DNA from: Pyrinomonadaceae bacterium
GTDB lineage: Bacteria > Acidobacteriota > Blastocatellia > Pyrinomonadales > Pyrinomonadaceae
NCBI GenBank assembly: GCA_046313635.1
Contig: JBKBYA010000001.1
Span: 160,001 to 224,000 of the forward strand
Reading direction: 5' to 3'
Length of the DNA: 64,000 nt
Shown here: positions 54,384-64,000 of the stretch, piece by piece
How positions within the stretch are numbered: position 1 is the stretch's first letter
Layout: every line of letters begins with the position of its first letter
Program-made: the position numbers and the translations under genes
The notes under the pieces: model-generated
What the model was told of the DNA's origin: nothing
Database searches by the model: none
What the model saw: the letters and a program-made list of their open reading frames with translations, nothing else

Positions 54384-56264
54384 ATGAAAGGCAAAGGGCG
54401 TTTCCGCGACATAATCGGCGTCGTAATTCATCTGCTGGTCCTGGTGTCCCTTTTTTGGCTTCTTTTTCCGCTGACCGGCTCCCCATCGACCCGCGTCGTC
54501 TCTTATTCCGAATTTCTAAATCAGGTACGCGAGGGTCGCGTCGAGCGGGCCCAAATTGGAACGGACGAGGTCCGCGGAGTGATCCGCCGCGAGAGCGAAA
54601 ACGCGGCGCCCGAAGTCATCAGAGCGATCCGCCCTCCGCAGACCGATGATCCGGAACTGATCAAGCTTCTGCGCGAGAAGAACGTCGAGATCACCGGCCA
54701 GCCCGAGTCGAGCGGCTGGCTCTCGCAACTGTTTATCTCGGCGTTCCCGATACTGCTCCTGATCGGCTTTTGGGTGTGGATGTTCCACCGCGTGGCACGG
54801 GGCGGCGAGGCGCTGCAGTTCGGCCGGAACAAGGCCAAAATCTACGACCAGAATGACAAGAACAAAGTTACTTTCCAGGACGTCGCGGGCGTCGAGGAGG
54901 CGGAGGCCGAGCTGGTAGAGGTTGTCGACTTTCTCAAAAATCCGGACAGATACACCAGACTCGGCGGCCGCCCGCCGAAGGGCGTGCTTCTCGTCGGCCC
55001 GCCCGGCACGGGTAAGACTCTGCTCGCCAAGGCGGTAGCCGGCGAGGCGAACGTGCCGTTCTTCTCGATCTCGGGGTCGGAGTTCGTCGAGCTTTTCGTC
55101 GGCGTCGGTGCCGCCCGTACCCGCGATTTGTTTGAGCAGGCCAAGAAGCACGCACCGTGCATCGTGTTCATCGACGAGCTCGACGCGATCGGAAAATCGC
55201 GTGCCGGTGCGGTCGCGGGCTCGCTCGGCGGCCACGACGAGCGTGAGCAGACGCTCAACCAGTTGCTCGTCGAGATGGACGGCTTCGACTCGTCGCTCGG
55301 CGTGATCATCATGGCCGCGACCAACCGGCCCGAGGTCCTGGATCCGGCCCTGTTGCGTCCCGGCCGCTTCGACCGGCAGATCGTCGTCGACCGACCCGAC
55401 GTGCGTGGGCGTGGAGAGATTCTCAAGGTGCACGCGAGGAAGATCAAACTCGCTCCGGGAGTCGATCTCGCCGTCATCGCTCAGCGCACGCCTGGCATGG
55501 TCGGGGCCGATCTGGCGAACATAGTGAATGAGGCCGCGCTTCTCGCGGCCCGGCGGGGAGCCGACGCGGTGGAGATGCAGGACCTCGAGGAGGCGATCGA
55601 CCGCGTCACTCTCGGTTTGGAAAAGCGGAGCCGCGTGATGACGCCCGAAGAAAAAGAGCGCGTCGCGTTTCACGAGGTCGGCCACGCCCTTACCGCTCTG
55701 TCGGTCAAACACGCCGACCCGGTGCACAGGATCACGATCATCCCGCGCTCGATCGGTGCTTTGGGAGCGACGTTGCAGCTGCCGACAAACGAAAAGTATT
55801 TGCTGACCAAGCCCGAGCTCGAAGACCGTCTGGCCGTGATGCTCGGCGGACGTGCGGCCGAAGAGATCGTTTACGACGGCGTGATCTCCACGGGCGCGCA
55901 CAACGATCTCGAACGCGCAACCGAGACGGCGCGCCAGATGGTGATGCGCTACGGGATGAGCGGGCGGCTCGGGAATCAGACGTTCGGCCGCCCGGTCACG
56001 GGCAGGTTCCTCGATTCGACGATGTCGTTCGGCGAGGAGCGAAATTTCAGCGAGCACACGGCCGAGATCATCGACCAGGAGGTCAAGGATCTGATCGACA
56101 GTACTTACGATCGCGTAAAACGGATTCTGACCGAGCGCCGCCGCACGCTCGACCGGATCGCCAACGAGCTTCAGCGCCGCGAGACGATCGGACGTGAGGA
56201 ACTGGAGAAAATCGTCGCCGAAACCGGCGAGCAAAAAAGTGTCATGGCGAGCGCCCGAACGTGA
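54384..56264 (+). CDS. ftsH: ATP-dependent zinc metalloprotease FtsH
   Basis: Two TM helices, [45 protein letters not shown]. Confidence 0.95.
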   Translation: MKGKGRFRDIIGVVIHLLVLVSLFWLLFPLTGSPSTRVVSYSEFLNQVREGRVERAQIGTDEVRGVIRRESENAAPEVIRAIRPPQTDDPELIKLLREKNVEITGQPESSGWLSQLFISAFPILLLIGFWVWMFHRVARGGEALQFGRNKAKIYDQNDKNKVTFQDVAGVEEAEAELVEVVDFLKNPDRYTRLGGRPPKGVLLVGPPGTGKTLLAKAVAGEANVPFFSISGSEFVELFVGVGAARTRDLFEQAKKHAPCIVFIDELDAIGKSRAGAVAGSLGGHDEREQTLNQLLVEMDGFDSSLGVIIMAATNRPEVLDPALLRPGRFDRQIVVDRPDVRGRGEILKVHARKIKLAPGVDLAVIAQRTPGMVGADLANIVNEAALLAARRGADAVEMQDLEEAIDRVTLGLEKRSRVMTPEEKERVAFHEVGHALTALSVKHADPVHRITIIPRSIGALGATLQLPTNEKYLLTKPELEDRLAVMLGGRAAEEIVYDGVISTGAHNDLERATETARQMVMRYGMSGRLGNQTFGRPVTGRFLDSTMSFGEERNFSEHTAEIIDQEVKDLIDSTYDRVKRILTERRRTLDRIANELQRRETIGREELEKIVAETGEQKSVMASART

Positions 56265-56744
56265 TCCGACGCGGGCACATCGGGGCGCAGCGAACAAGTC
56301 AGTACCACCGCCGGCGGTAGCGGCGGGGCGTTTTGGTCGCCGAGTGCGACTTGATCGGTGACTTTGACGTGCATTAGAGGAGTAGGTGGTGAGCGATGAA
56401 GTTGCCGGAACGAATCGCCAATCGATACGCACGGGCACTTTGCCGATGTTACGACAAAGCGCGGCGAGACCCAGCAGGTAAGCAGAACTGGAGCCGTTTG
56501 CTCGGTTTTCCTCTCCGGGCACGGCGGCTTACAGGGCGCTGACCGCGCCGACGGTCGGTCCCGCGGGCGCAATTGGGAATGCAGAATTGTAAGAAGATGT
56601 TGCGTCGCATTCTGACTTCTGACTTCCGCGTCCGCTGTCACACCAAGCTTCACTGTCTACGCTTCGACGGTTTACGCGATGCGTTTGGGCGTGCTGTATA
56701 ATCTCCGCACGAATCAAAGATCAGAAAAAAGGAACTTTCCGGAA

Positions 56745-59700
56745 ATGTCGAATACCCGTCTGCTTCGCAGACTCCTCTCGTCGCTCGCGATATCGCTCGT
56801 ATTGTGCGGCGCCTTTAACGCTCAAACGCCGACCCCGACGCCGAGATTTGCGCCGTCTCCTCAGGCCTCACCGACGCCTCAAGTCTCGCCGACGCCGCAG
56901 GCGAAAAAAGAAGACCCGCTCAGGAATCTTCAATACCGTCTGATCGGCCCGTTTCGCGGCGGCCGCGTCACCGCGGTCGCGGGCGTCGCGTCGCAGCCGC
57001 GCGTCTACTACTTCGGCGCGACGGGCGGCGGCGTTTGGAAGACGACCGACGGCGGCGTCAACTGGCAGCCCGTGTCGGACGAGTACTTCAAGACCGGCTC
57101 GGTCGGCGCGATCGGTGTCGCCGACTCGGACCCGAACGTCATTTACGTCGGCATGGGCGAGTCGCCCGTTCGCGGCAACGTCTCGCACGGCGACGGCGTT
57201 TACAAGTCGATCGACGCCGGCAAGACCTGGAAGCACGTCGGCCTCGGCGACACGCGGCAGATCGCGCGCGTCCGCGTCCATCCAAAAGATCCGAACATCG
57301 TCTACGTCGCCGCACTCGGTCACCTTTGGGGGCCGAACGCGGAACGCGGCGTCTTTCGCACAAGGGACGGCGGCAAGACCTGGGAAAAGGTTCTCTTCAG
57401 AAACAACGATACCGGCGCGATCGATCTGATCCTCGACCCGAGCAACGCAAACACGATCTACGCCGCATTCTGGCAGGTCCGCCGCACGCCTTGGACGCTG
57501 ATCAGCGGCGGCGAGGGCAGCACGATCTACAAGTCAACCGACGGCGGCGACACCTGGACCGAACTCAAATCGAATCGCGGTCTGCCGAGCGGGATCTGGG
57601 GCAAGGTCGGCGTTACGGTCTCGCCCGTCAATCCAAATCGCGTCTGGGCGATGATCGAGGCAAAGGACGGCGGACTGTATCGCTCGGACGACGGCGGCGA
57701 CACATGGCAGCGCACGTCTGACAGCGCGGCGATCCGCCAGCGGCCGTGGTACTACACGCGCGTCTACGCCGACACGCAGCAGGCCGACACCGTTTACGTG
57801 CTCAACGTCGGCTTTCACAAGTCGGTCGACGGCGGGCGAAACTTTACGACGATCGGCACGCCGCACGGCGACAATCACGACCTCTGGATCGCACCGAACG
57901 ACAACCAGCGAATGATCGAGGGCAACGACGGCGGAGCGAACGTCTCGGAGGACGGCGGGCTCAACTGGACCGAGCAGGACCAGGCGACCGCGCAGTTTTA
58001 CCGCGTCGCGGTGGACAACGATTTTCCGTACAACATCTACGGAGCGCAGCAGGACAACTCGACCGTGCGCATCGCGAGCCGCTCGAACGACTTTGCGATC
58101 ACCGAGCGCGACTGGTGGGACGTCGGCGGCGGCGAATCGGGCTGGATCGCGCCGCACCCCGAGAATTCGAATATCGTCTTTGCAGGCAGCTACGGCGGTT
58201 ATCTCACGCGCTACGATCACCGCACGGGTCAGCTTCGCACGGTCAACGTCTATCCTGATAATCCGATGGGCGCCGGAGCCGAGGCGATGAAGTACCGCTT
58301 CCAGTGGAACTACCCGATCCTCTTTTCGCCGCACAAGACCAATGGCGTTTACCCGCTCTATGCCGCGGGCAACATCCTCTTTCGCTCGATGGACGAGGGC
58401 CATAGCTGGGAAGCGATCTCGCCCGACCTGACGCGCAACGACCGCTCGAAGCAGGGCGATTCAGGCGGACCGATCACGCGCGACAACACGAGCGTCGAGT
58501 ATTACGACACGATATTCACCGTCGCCGAATCGCCGCTCGAGCAGGGCGTCATCTGGGCCGGCTCGGACGACGGCCTCGTGCACGTCACGCGCGACAACGG
58601 CAAGACGTGGCAGAACGTCACGCCGAAGGGAATGCCCGAGTGGATACAGATCAACTCGATCGAGGCGTCGCCGAATGATCCCGCGACGGCGTACTTCGCC
58701 GCGACCGCCTACAAGCTTGACGACTACCGGCCGTACATCTACAAGACGAACGATTACGGCAAGACGTGGAAACGAATTGTCGACGGCATCGCGGCCGATG
58801 CGTTTACGCGCGTCGTTCGAGAGGACCCGAATCGCCGCGGCTTTCTCTACGCCGGCACCGAGACCGGAATTTACTACTCGACGAACGATGGCGAGTCGTG
58901 GCAGTCGCTGCGTTTGAATCTGCCGGTCGTTCCGATCACCGATCTCGCCGTTCACAAACGAGAAAAGGACCTCGTCGTCGCGACGCAGGGACGCTCGTTC
59001 TACGTGCTCGACAACCTGCCCGTGCTGTACCAACTTGCCGATGCGATGAAGGCAGACGCTTTCCTTTTCAAGCCCGAAGATGCGTATCGCGCCGCTGGCG
59101 GTGGAGGCTTCACGCCGCCGCCGACGGCGACCGTCGGCGCCAATCCGCCAAACGGCGCCGTGATCAACTACTGGCTCAAGTCGAAGCCGGCCAAGGACGT
59201 CGTGCTCGAGTTTCTCGACGCCTCGGGCAAGCCGCTGCGTAAATTCACCGGCCGCGTCCCGCAGGAAGGCGCGCCGGCGCAGACGCAGGGCCCGAGCGGC
59301 GCGGGCGAGCCGACGGTGGCGACCGACGCCGGACTCAATCGCTTTGTCTGGAACTACCGCGTCGCAAACGCGACGACCGTTCCGGGAATGATCTTCTGGG
59401 GCGGCTCGACCGCCGGGCCGCGCGTCGTGCCGGGAAATTATCAGGTGCGTCTGACCGTCGACGGCAAGGTCGTCGGGACCGAGAGCTTCACGATCAAGGC
59501 CGACCCGCGGATCTCTACGACGCCGCAGCAGTTTGCCGAGCAATTCGACTTTTTGATGAGATCGCGCGACAAGCTCTCGCAGACGCACGACGCGATCCTC
59601 GAGATACGCGACATTCGCAAGCAGCTCGAGGACCTCTCGTCGCGGCTCAAGCCCGAGCAAAAGGACGTGCGCGAAAAAGCGGCCGAGATCGTCAAGGCAG

Positions 59701-59978
59701 TGACGGCGGTCGAAGAAGAGCTCGTCCAGACCAAGATCCGCAGCTCGCAGGACGCGCTCAATTATCCGATCAAGCTCAACAACAAGCTCGCGGCGCTCAA
59801 TTCGTCGGTCGACGGCGCGGACTATCCTCCGACAAAGCAGTCGTACGACGTCTATAACGATCTCTCGGCAAAGATCGACGCACAGCTCGCGAGGCTCGCG
59901 CAGATCAAATCGACGGACATCGCGGCATTCAACAAGATGTTTGCCGAAAAAGGCCTGCCTGTGATCGCGACGCGCTGA
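56745..59978 (+). CDS. Secreted VPS10/sortilin-like BNR-repeat protein (putative glycosyl hydrolase)
   Basis: IGPFRGGR, many SxDGGxTW Asp-boxes, RFQWNYPI, helical C-terminus. Confidence 0.88.
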   Translation: MSNTRLLRRLLSSLAISLVLCGAFNAQTPTPTPRFAPSPQASPTPQVSPTPQAKKEDPLRNLQYRLIGPFRGGRVTAVAGVASQPRVYYFGATGGGVWKTTDGGVNWQPVSDEYFKTGSVGAIGVADSDPNVIYVGMGESPVRGNVSHGDGVYKSIDAGKTWKHVGLGDTRQIARVRVHPKDPNIVYVAALGHLWGPNAERGVFRTRDGGKTWEKVLFRNNDTGAIDLILDPSNANTIYAAFWQVRRTPWTLISGGEGSTIYKSTDGGDTWTELKSNRGLPSGIWGKVGVTVSPVNPNRVWAMIEAKDGGLYRSDDGGDTWQRTSDSAAIRQRPWYYTRVYADTQQADTVYVLNVGFHKSVDGGRNFTTIGTPHGDNHDLWIAPNDNQRMIEGNDGGANVSEDGGLNWTEQDQATAQFYRVAVDNDFPYNIYGAQQDNSTVRIASRSNDFAITERDWWDVGGGESGWIAPHPENSNIVFAGSYGGYLTRYDHRTGQLRTVNVYPDNPMGAGAEAMKYRFQWNYPILFSPHKTNGVYPLYAAGNILFRSMDEGHSWEAISPDLTRNDRSKQGDSGGPITRDNTSVEYYDTIFTVAESPLEQGVIWAGSDDGLVHVTRDNGKTWQNVTPKGMPEWIQINSIEASPNDPATAYFAATAYKLDDYRPYIYKTNDYGKTWKRIVDGIAADAFTRVVREDPNRRGFLYAGTETGIYYSTNDGESWQSLRLNLPVVPITDLAVHKREKDLVVATQGRSFYVLDNLPVLYQLADAMKADAFLFKPEDAYRAAGGGGFTPPPTATVGANPPNGAVINYWLKSKPAKDVVLEFLDASGKPLRKFTGRVPQEGAPAQTQGPSGAGEPTVATDAGLNRFVWNYRVANATTVPGMIFWGGSTAGPRVVPGNYQVRLTVDGKVVGTESFTIKADPRISTTPQQFAEQFDFLMRSRDKLSQTHDAILEIRDIRKQLEDLSSRLKPEQKDVREKAAEIVKAVTAVEEELVQTKIRSSQDALNYPIKLNNKLAALNSSVDGADYPPTKQSYDVYNDLSAKIDAQLARLAQIKSTDIAAFNKMFAEKGLPVIATR

Positions 59979-59996
59979 CTCTGGAGCGCGGACAAC

Positions 59997-60130
59997 GGAA
60001 CGCGGACGCCCTCGTCCGCATGAGCGTTCGTTTTCGGACGCGAAGAAAAAACGCCGGAGAATGGACTCGCTCATTCTCCGGCGTTTTACTTCGTGCTTCG
60101 CACTCATGCGGACGAGGGCGTCCGCGTTCC
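59997..60130. repeat. REP doublet (REPIN-like), same family as 34357-34484
   Basis: ggaacgcggacgccctcgtccgcatgag ... ctcatgcggacgagggcgtccgcgttcc. Confidence 0.88.
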
Positions 60131-60131
60131 T

Positions 60132-60962
60132 TTATTGTTTGCGGGCGGTCCAGACGATCGCCTGCATTTTTGTGTTGATGGGATCGTCGCCAAAGCGTGA
60201 GCGGATCTTTTCGGCGACGGCTGCGGTCACCGCTTCGACGTCGGGATGACGCTCCATTATCTGACCGACCATCGGCGTGCCCTGGATCAGGCCTCGGGCG
60301 GCGTCCTCCGCCGACGCGGCGACGCACGGCAGCTCGACGAACGTGTAGCCGATATCGACGAAACCGGCACCTTCGAGAAGCGCCTGGATGGTCGGCGGGT
60401 CGTTAAATCCGAAGGGAGTCTCGTAAAACCTCGGCGGGTCGTCCGGAAACAACTCGCGAACGGCGTCGTCGACCGCCTGCGAGATCTCGTTACGCTCGAG
60501 CCGGTCCCAAACGTTGAAAAGGAACGTGCCGCCCGGCGCCAGCACGCGATGGATCTCGCCGAACGCCGCGGACTTGTCCGGAAAGAACATCACGCCGAAC
60601 TGGCAGACCACGACGTCAAAACTGGCATCTTCGAACGGCAGATCCGCCGCGTCGGCCTGACGAAACTCGACGTGCTCGCCCTCGGCAAACTTCCCTCTCG
60701 CCTGCTCGATCATCCCGTCGTTGAGGTCGGTCGCGACCAGACGGGCCTCGGCGGGCATCGCGTCGCGGATCGCGCGTGTGGAGATGCCCGTGCCGCACGC
60801 TATCTCGAGCACATTCTGCGCCAGAGGCGGCAGCCGCTCGGCGATATCGTTCGCGTATGGAACGAAGAACATCGGTCCCATATAGCGATCGTAGTTTTCG
60901 GGTACCGAGCCGGTGAATGCGGCGGTGCCGCTCGAGGTTTTTGCGCTGCTGTCTCCTGCCAT
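60132..60962 (-). CDS. Class I SAM-dependent methyltransferase (UbiE-like)
   Basis: VLEIACGTG, ADAADLPF.D.SFD.VVCQFGVMFFPD, RVLAPGG. Confidence 0.9.
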   Translation of the reverse strand: MAGDSSAKTSSGTAAFTGSVPENYDRYMGPMFFVPYANDIAERLPPLAQNVLEIACGTGISTRAIRDAMPAEARLVATDLNDGMIEQARGKFAEGEHVEFRQADAADLPFEDASFDVVVCQFGVMFFPDKSAAFGEIHRVLAPGGTFLFNVWDRLERNEISQAVDDAVRELFPDDPPRFYETPFGFNDPPTIQALLEGAGFVDIGYTFVELPCVAASAEDAARGLIQGTPMVGQIMERHPDVEAVTAAVAEKIRSRFGDDPINTKMQAIVWTARKQ

Positions 60963-61031
60963 ACGAGTGCCTCCCGGATCTGCAATTTTTTTGTGTCGGT
61001 ATTGTAAACCAGTCCGGCGGCGAAGGCTGTT

Positions 61032-62168
61032 TTATTTGGAGTCGGTCGTATCAAACAGCAGCCTGCGCCGGGCCTGCACGACGAGGCCTTCGCGGCGGCT
61101 CGTCACCTCGATCCGGCGCTCGATGAGGCCTTTGCGGTCGACGATCGGTTCCTTTGGCGTGTAAGTGACGACGTACGCCGCGTCGATCATGCGTGCGACG
61201 ATCGGCGCCTTTTCGAGCATCTCGTCGAGCGTGTCGGGCAGTATGAACGTGCCGTTGGTGGTCTCGGCGAGCTTATCGAGCTTTTCCTGGCTGTCCTCGA
61301 GGTCGGCCTTGCGGGCCTTGAGCCTGCGCAGCAGCGTGCGATCGAGATTGATGGTCTTGAATTTCGGCGCGGTCGCGGCGTCGCGCGCGCCATTGGGCAA
61401 TTGAGCGGCGACCTCGGGCGGCATCGCGCGCGGCGGCGGCGAATTGGATATGCCTTTTGTCCGCGGTTCGATATCGGCGGCCTCGAGCGCCGTGTAGCTG
61501 ATCACGTGCACCGAGATGTCGGTCTCGGCCAGGCGCTGAAAGGCGTCGAATTTGGCGGACGTGCCCGGCGTGCTGTCGGTGCCGTCGCTGATCAGAACGA
61601 TGTGCCGGTTGTCGGCGGGGTTTTTCACCAGCAGGTCGCGGGCGATGTCGATCGCCTCGACAAAAGCCGATTTGCGGCCAAACTTTGTCCGTCCGATCGC
61701 GGCGAGCGTCTCCTGCCTGTCGGTCGTCCATTCGCTCACGATCTCGGCGCGGTCGGCGTATTGAACGATCGCCACACGATCTTCGGCCGCGAGGGCCGAC
61801 ACGACCGCGCGCGCGACGCCGCGCGTCTTGTCGAGACTCTTTACCTGCCGCAGCTCGCCGCCGGTGTCCATCACGATGACGACATTGGCCGGGATGCGCC
61901 GAACCGAGGTCGGCTGATGAAGGATGTTGTTGTCGGTGATGACGAGGTCGCGCTCGGTGACGCCGGAAAAGAACTTGCCGTTCTCGTCAAAGGCGAGCAC
62001 GTTGAGCTTGACCTCTTCGGTAATGACGCGTTCGGTATCGTCGGGCGGCGTCGGTGTCGGCGTGGGCGCGACGCGTCGGCTCTGAGCCGCGGCGATCGCC
62101 GACATTACAAAGACCGACGCGATCACCGCGAAAAGAGTCATTTGCCGACGAAAAGTTTGCTTGTTCAT
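61032..62168 (-). CDS. Secreted VWA-domain protein (Acidobacterial VWFA-like)
   Basis: Signal peptide, PTPTP linker, VMDTGG, VLISDGTD, LAETTNG. Confidence 0.8.
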   Translation of the reverse strand: MNKQTFRRQMTLFAVIASVFVMSAIAAAQSRRVAPTPTPTPPDDTERVITEEVKLNVLAFDENGKFFSGVTERDLVITDNNILHQPTSVRRIPANVVIVMDTGGELRQVKSLDKTRGVARAVVSALAAEDRVAIVQYADRAEIVSEWTTDRQETLAAIGRTKFGRKSAFVEAIDIARDLLVKNPADNRHIVLISDGTDSTPGTSAKFDAFQRLAETDISVHVISYTALEAADIEPRTKGISNSPPPRAMPPEVAAQLPNGARDAATAPKFKTINLDRTLLRRLKARKADLEDSQEKLDKLAETTNGTFILPDTLDEMLEKAPIVARMIDAAYVVTYTPKEPIVDRKGLIERRIEVTSRREGLVVQARRRLLFDTTDSK

Positions 62169-62216
62169 CGCAGGTATGATGCGCCGCGGCGGACTGCATT
62201 TGCTTGGCTGCACTCG

Positions 62217-63287
62217 TCAAAGTTCCGGGTTCTCGTCGACAAAGTCGAGTAGGTTCCCGACATAATCGCGAAAGTTGGGGCACGCTACGCCGTGCGGCGC
62301 GAGCAGCTCGCCGGCGACCGACGTGTCGTACGTCTGCGAGATGAAAAAGTACGGCACGCCGTGACGCGGGAGACCCGTGATCGGCGGCGAGATCGGGAGG
62401 TTGAGCGACCACTCGACGAGCTTCGGCGACGGCGAATATTCAGACTTGCGGCCCGTCATCTCGAGAGCGATCGTGTCAAAGAGCTCGGCGGTCGTCAGCG
62501 GCGCGGGGTCGGCAAGAGCGACCGTTTTGCCGACGGCTTTTTCGTCGATCGAGAGCGCGGCGATGCCCTCAACGACAAAGTCGACGGGCACGAGATTGAG
62601 CCGGACGTTGTTGTTGCCGACATTCACGGCGCGCAGCAGGAATGGTGCCTTTCGCAGGTATTGGATCAGGTAATAGATGCCGTCGTACTTTGCGGTCTCG
62701 CCCGTCCGCGAGTCGCCGACGACGACCGACGGGCGATAGATGGTGGTCGGCCGCTCGGCCTTGAAACGCTCGACCTCCATCTCGGCGAGATACTTTGACT
62801 CCTCGTAAAAATTGCGAAATCCCGCGTCGTGCTCGAGCTCGTCCTCGCGGATCTCGCCCGTTCGCTTCCCGGCGACGTAGCAGGTCGAAACGTAGTTGTA
62901 GCGTTTGAGCTTCGGGAGCGAGCGGACAAAGTCGTTGACGTTGCGCGTACCGTCGAAGTTGACCCGCATCGCGACGTCGCGCGGGACCGCGAGATCGTAA
63001 ACGGCGGCGAGATGAAACGCCCGCGTCGCCTCAAAGCGAATGTCGGCCGCGTCGTCGCGGTCCATTCCGAGATCGGGCTCGGTGATGTCGCCCTCGACGA
63101 GCGCAAAATTCTCGAGCGGCACGCCCGTCGCTTCGGCGATGCGCTCGACCGCCGCCGCGGCCTTGTCGACAAAACGCGGCTCGACGAGCAAAAAGAACTG
63201 CTCGCCGTCGCCGGCCAGACGCTCGACCAAACGCTCGGCGATGAAACCCGGAAAACCCGTTAGAAAAATGCTGTCGGTAAAGCTCAT
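62217..63287 (-). CDS. Extended SDR oxidoreductase (male-sterility/thioester reductase-like)
   Basis: FLTGFPGFIA, HLAAVYD, YVSTCYVAG, YEESK, RPSVVVGDS, VPVDFV. Confidence 0.9.
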   Translation of the reverse strand: MSFTDSIFLTGFPGFIAERLVERLAGDGEQFFLLVEPRFVDKAAAAVERIAEATGVPLENFALVEGDITEPDLGMDRDDAADIRFEATRAFHLAAVYDLAVPRDVAMRVNFDGTRNVNDFVRSLPKLKRYNYVSTCYVAGKRTGEIREDELEHDAGFRNFYEESKYLAEMEVERFKAERPTTIYRPSVVVGDSRTGETAKYDGIYYLIQYLRKAPFLLRAVNVGNNNVRLNLVPVDFVVEGIAALSIDEKAVGKTVALADPAPLTTAELFDTIALEMTGRKSEYSPSPKLVEWSLNLPISPPITGLPRHGVPYFFISQTYDTSVAGELLAPHGVACPNFRDYVGNLLDFVDENPEL

Positions 63288-63699
63288 ACGTGCAGACCGA
63301 GCTTATTCTAACAGACGGATTTGGGCTCTAGAACGAGCAGTCCGCTGCTGCGTGAGGCGGATCGAGACTCGTCTGTTTTGACGCGAGGGACGCAAAGGGC
63401 TCGCAACGGTTGCTAGGCTGAACGCGTCTTGAAGGTTCGTTCCGCAGGACCGCATCATGCAGCGTTCACCGCGTTCCGACAATAAACGGTTGGCGCGTTC
63501 GCGTAGATCAATGCTAAACTACGCCCATCAATACCTGCCACGCCTTTTAACAATGCGCAATACCGGCGGGTTTTCTTATTTTAAAGCCTCTCTGATCTCG
63601 GCGGTGCCCCGCTACCGCCGAGACCTTGTACCCAACAATACGGATCAGCTCTCCGCGACCTTCTTTTCTAGCTCCATCGATTTCTTACCAGGAGTGCCC

Positions 63700-64000
63700 G
63701 TCGATCACCGCAAGGCGTCTTGATCTGCTCAAGCTGCAGTACGGAGTTCCGAAAGCGGTCCATGTCGGCAAGGGGCCCGAGTTGACCGCCCCAAGTCTTA
63801 GCAGACTGGTGCGGTGAGATCGACGTCCGCATGAACTGCATCGAACCCGGCAAGCCGAATCAAGAACGCATACATCGAACGCTCCCACCGAAGCTGTCGC
63901 GAAGCGGTGCTGGACCGCACATCTTGTCAACGATATTCCAAGGTTCGAGACCTCAGTTGGGCGTGGATGCCTAGCTACAACGTACAACTCCCACGCCAGG
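63700..64000 (+). pseudogene. Degenerate IS3-family transposase (integrase core) remnant
   Basis: Across frameshifts: LDLLKLQYGVPKAVHVGKGPELTA / QVLADWC...CIEPGKPNQ / NAYIERSHRSCREAVLD / WMPSYNVQLP. Compare the IS3 pattern DNGPEF...PGKPxQNxxIERF. Confidence 0.75.

Noticed and set aside
54516..56522. 668-aa ORF antisense to ftsH, and similar long antisense ORFs (7643-8989, 40687-42351, 58461-60107, 6037-6972)
   Set aside because: Shadow ORFs on the opposite strand of well-supported genes in GC-rich DNA; no motifs or RBS.
63288..63700. tRNA or other structured RNA as an integration site before the IS remnant
   Set aside because: No cloverleaf, T-loop plus CCA, or other recognisable RNA signature by eye.

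Overview
GC-rich bacterial chromosomal window, most likely Acidobacteriota (Blastocatellia/Pyrinomonadaceae-like; inferred from gene content and repeat style, not from a marker gene). It holds about 65 mostly housekeeping, redox and DNA-repair genes (clpA, thrB/thrC/thrA, truB, recX, msrB, ada, class II photolyase, ftsH, a fused 2-oxoacid dehydrogenase E1). I found no rRNA, tRNA or CRISPR array. Main points: (1) A perR-ahpC-Prx-PrdB-like-TlpA redox cluster at 49.8-53.0 kb in which two adjacent genes, broken or truncated in the ORF track, each read through an in-frame UGA at the catalytic position and have SECIS-like hairpins. They are a TxxU peroxiredoxin and an orphan PrdB/GrdB-like selenoprotein with an unusual UxxxC motif. 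(2) An alanyl-tRNA synthetase gene that stops right after its catalytic motifs, at a palindromic repeat. (3) A DUF4160/DUF2442 toxin-antitoxin-like cassette between two 86-bp copies of the E1 gene's 3' end that differ mostly at synonymous sites. (4) Several families of short inverted repeats, one bracketing a GxxExxY nuclease gene and others translated inside proteins. (5) Pseudogenes of HicA, a hemerythrin and an IS3 transposase, plus many apparently leaderless genes.
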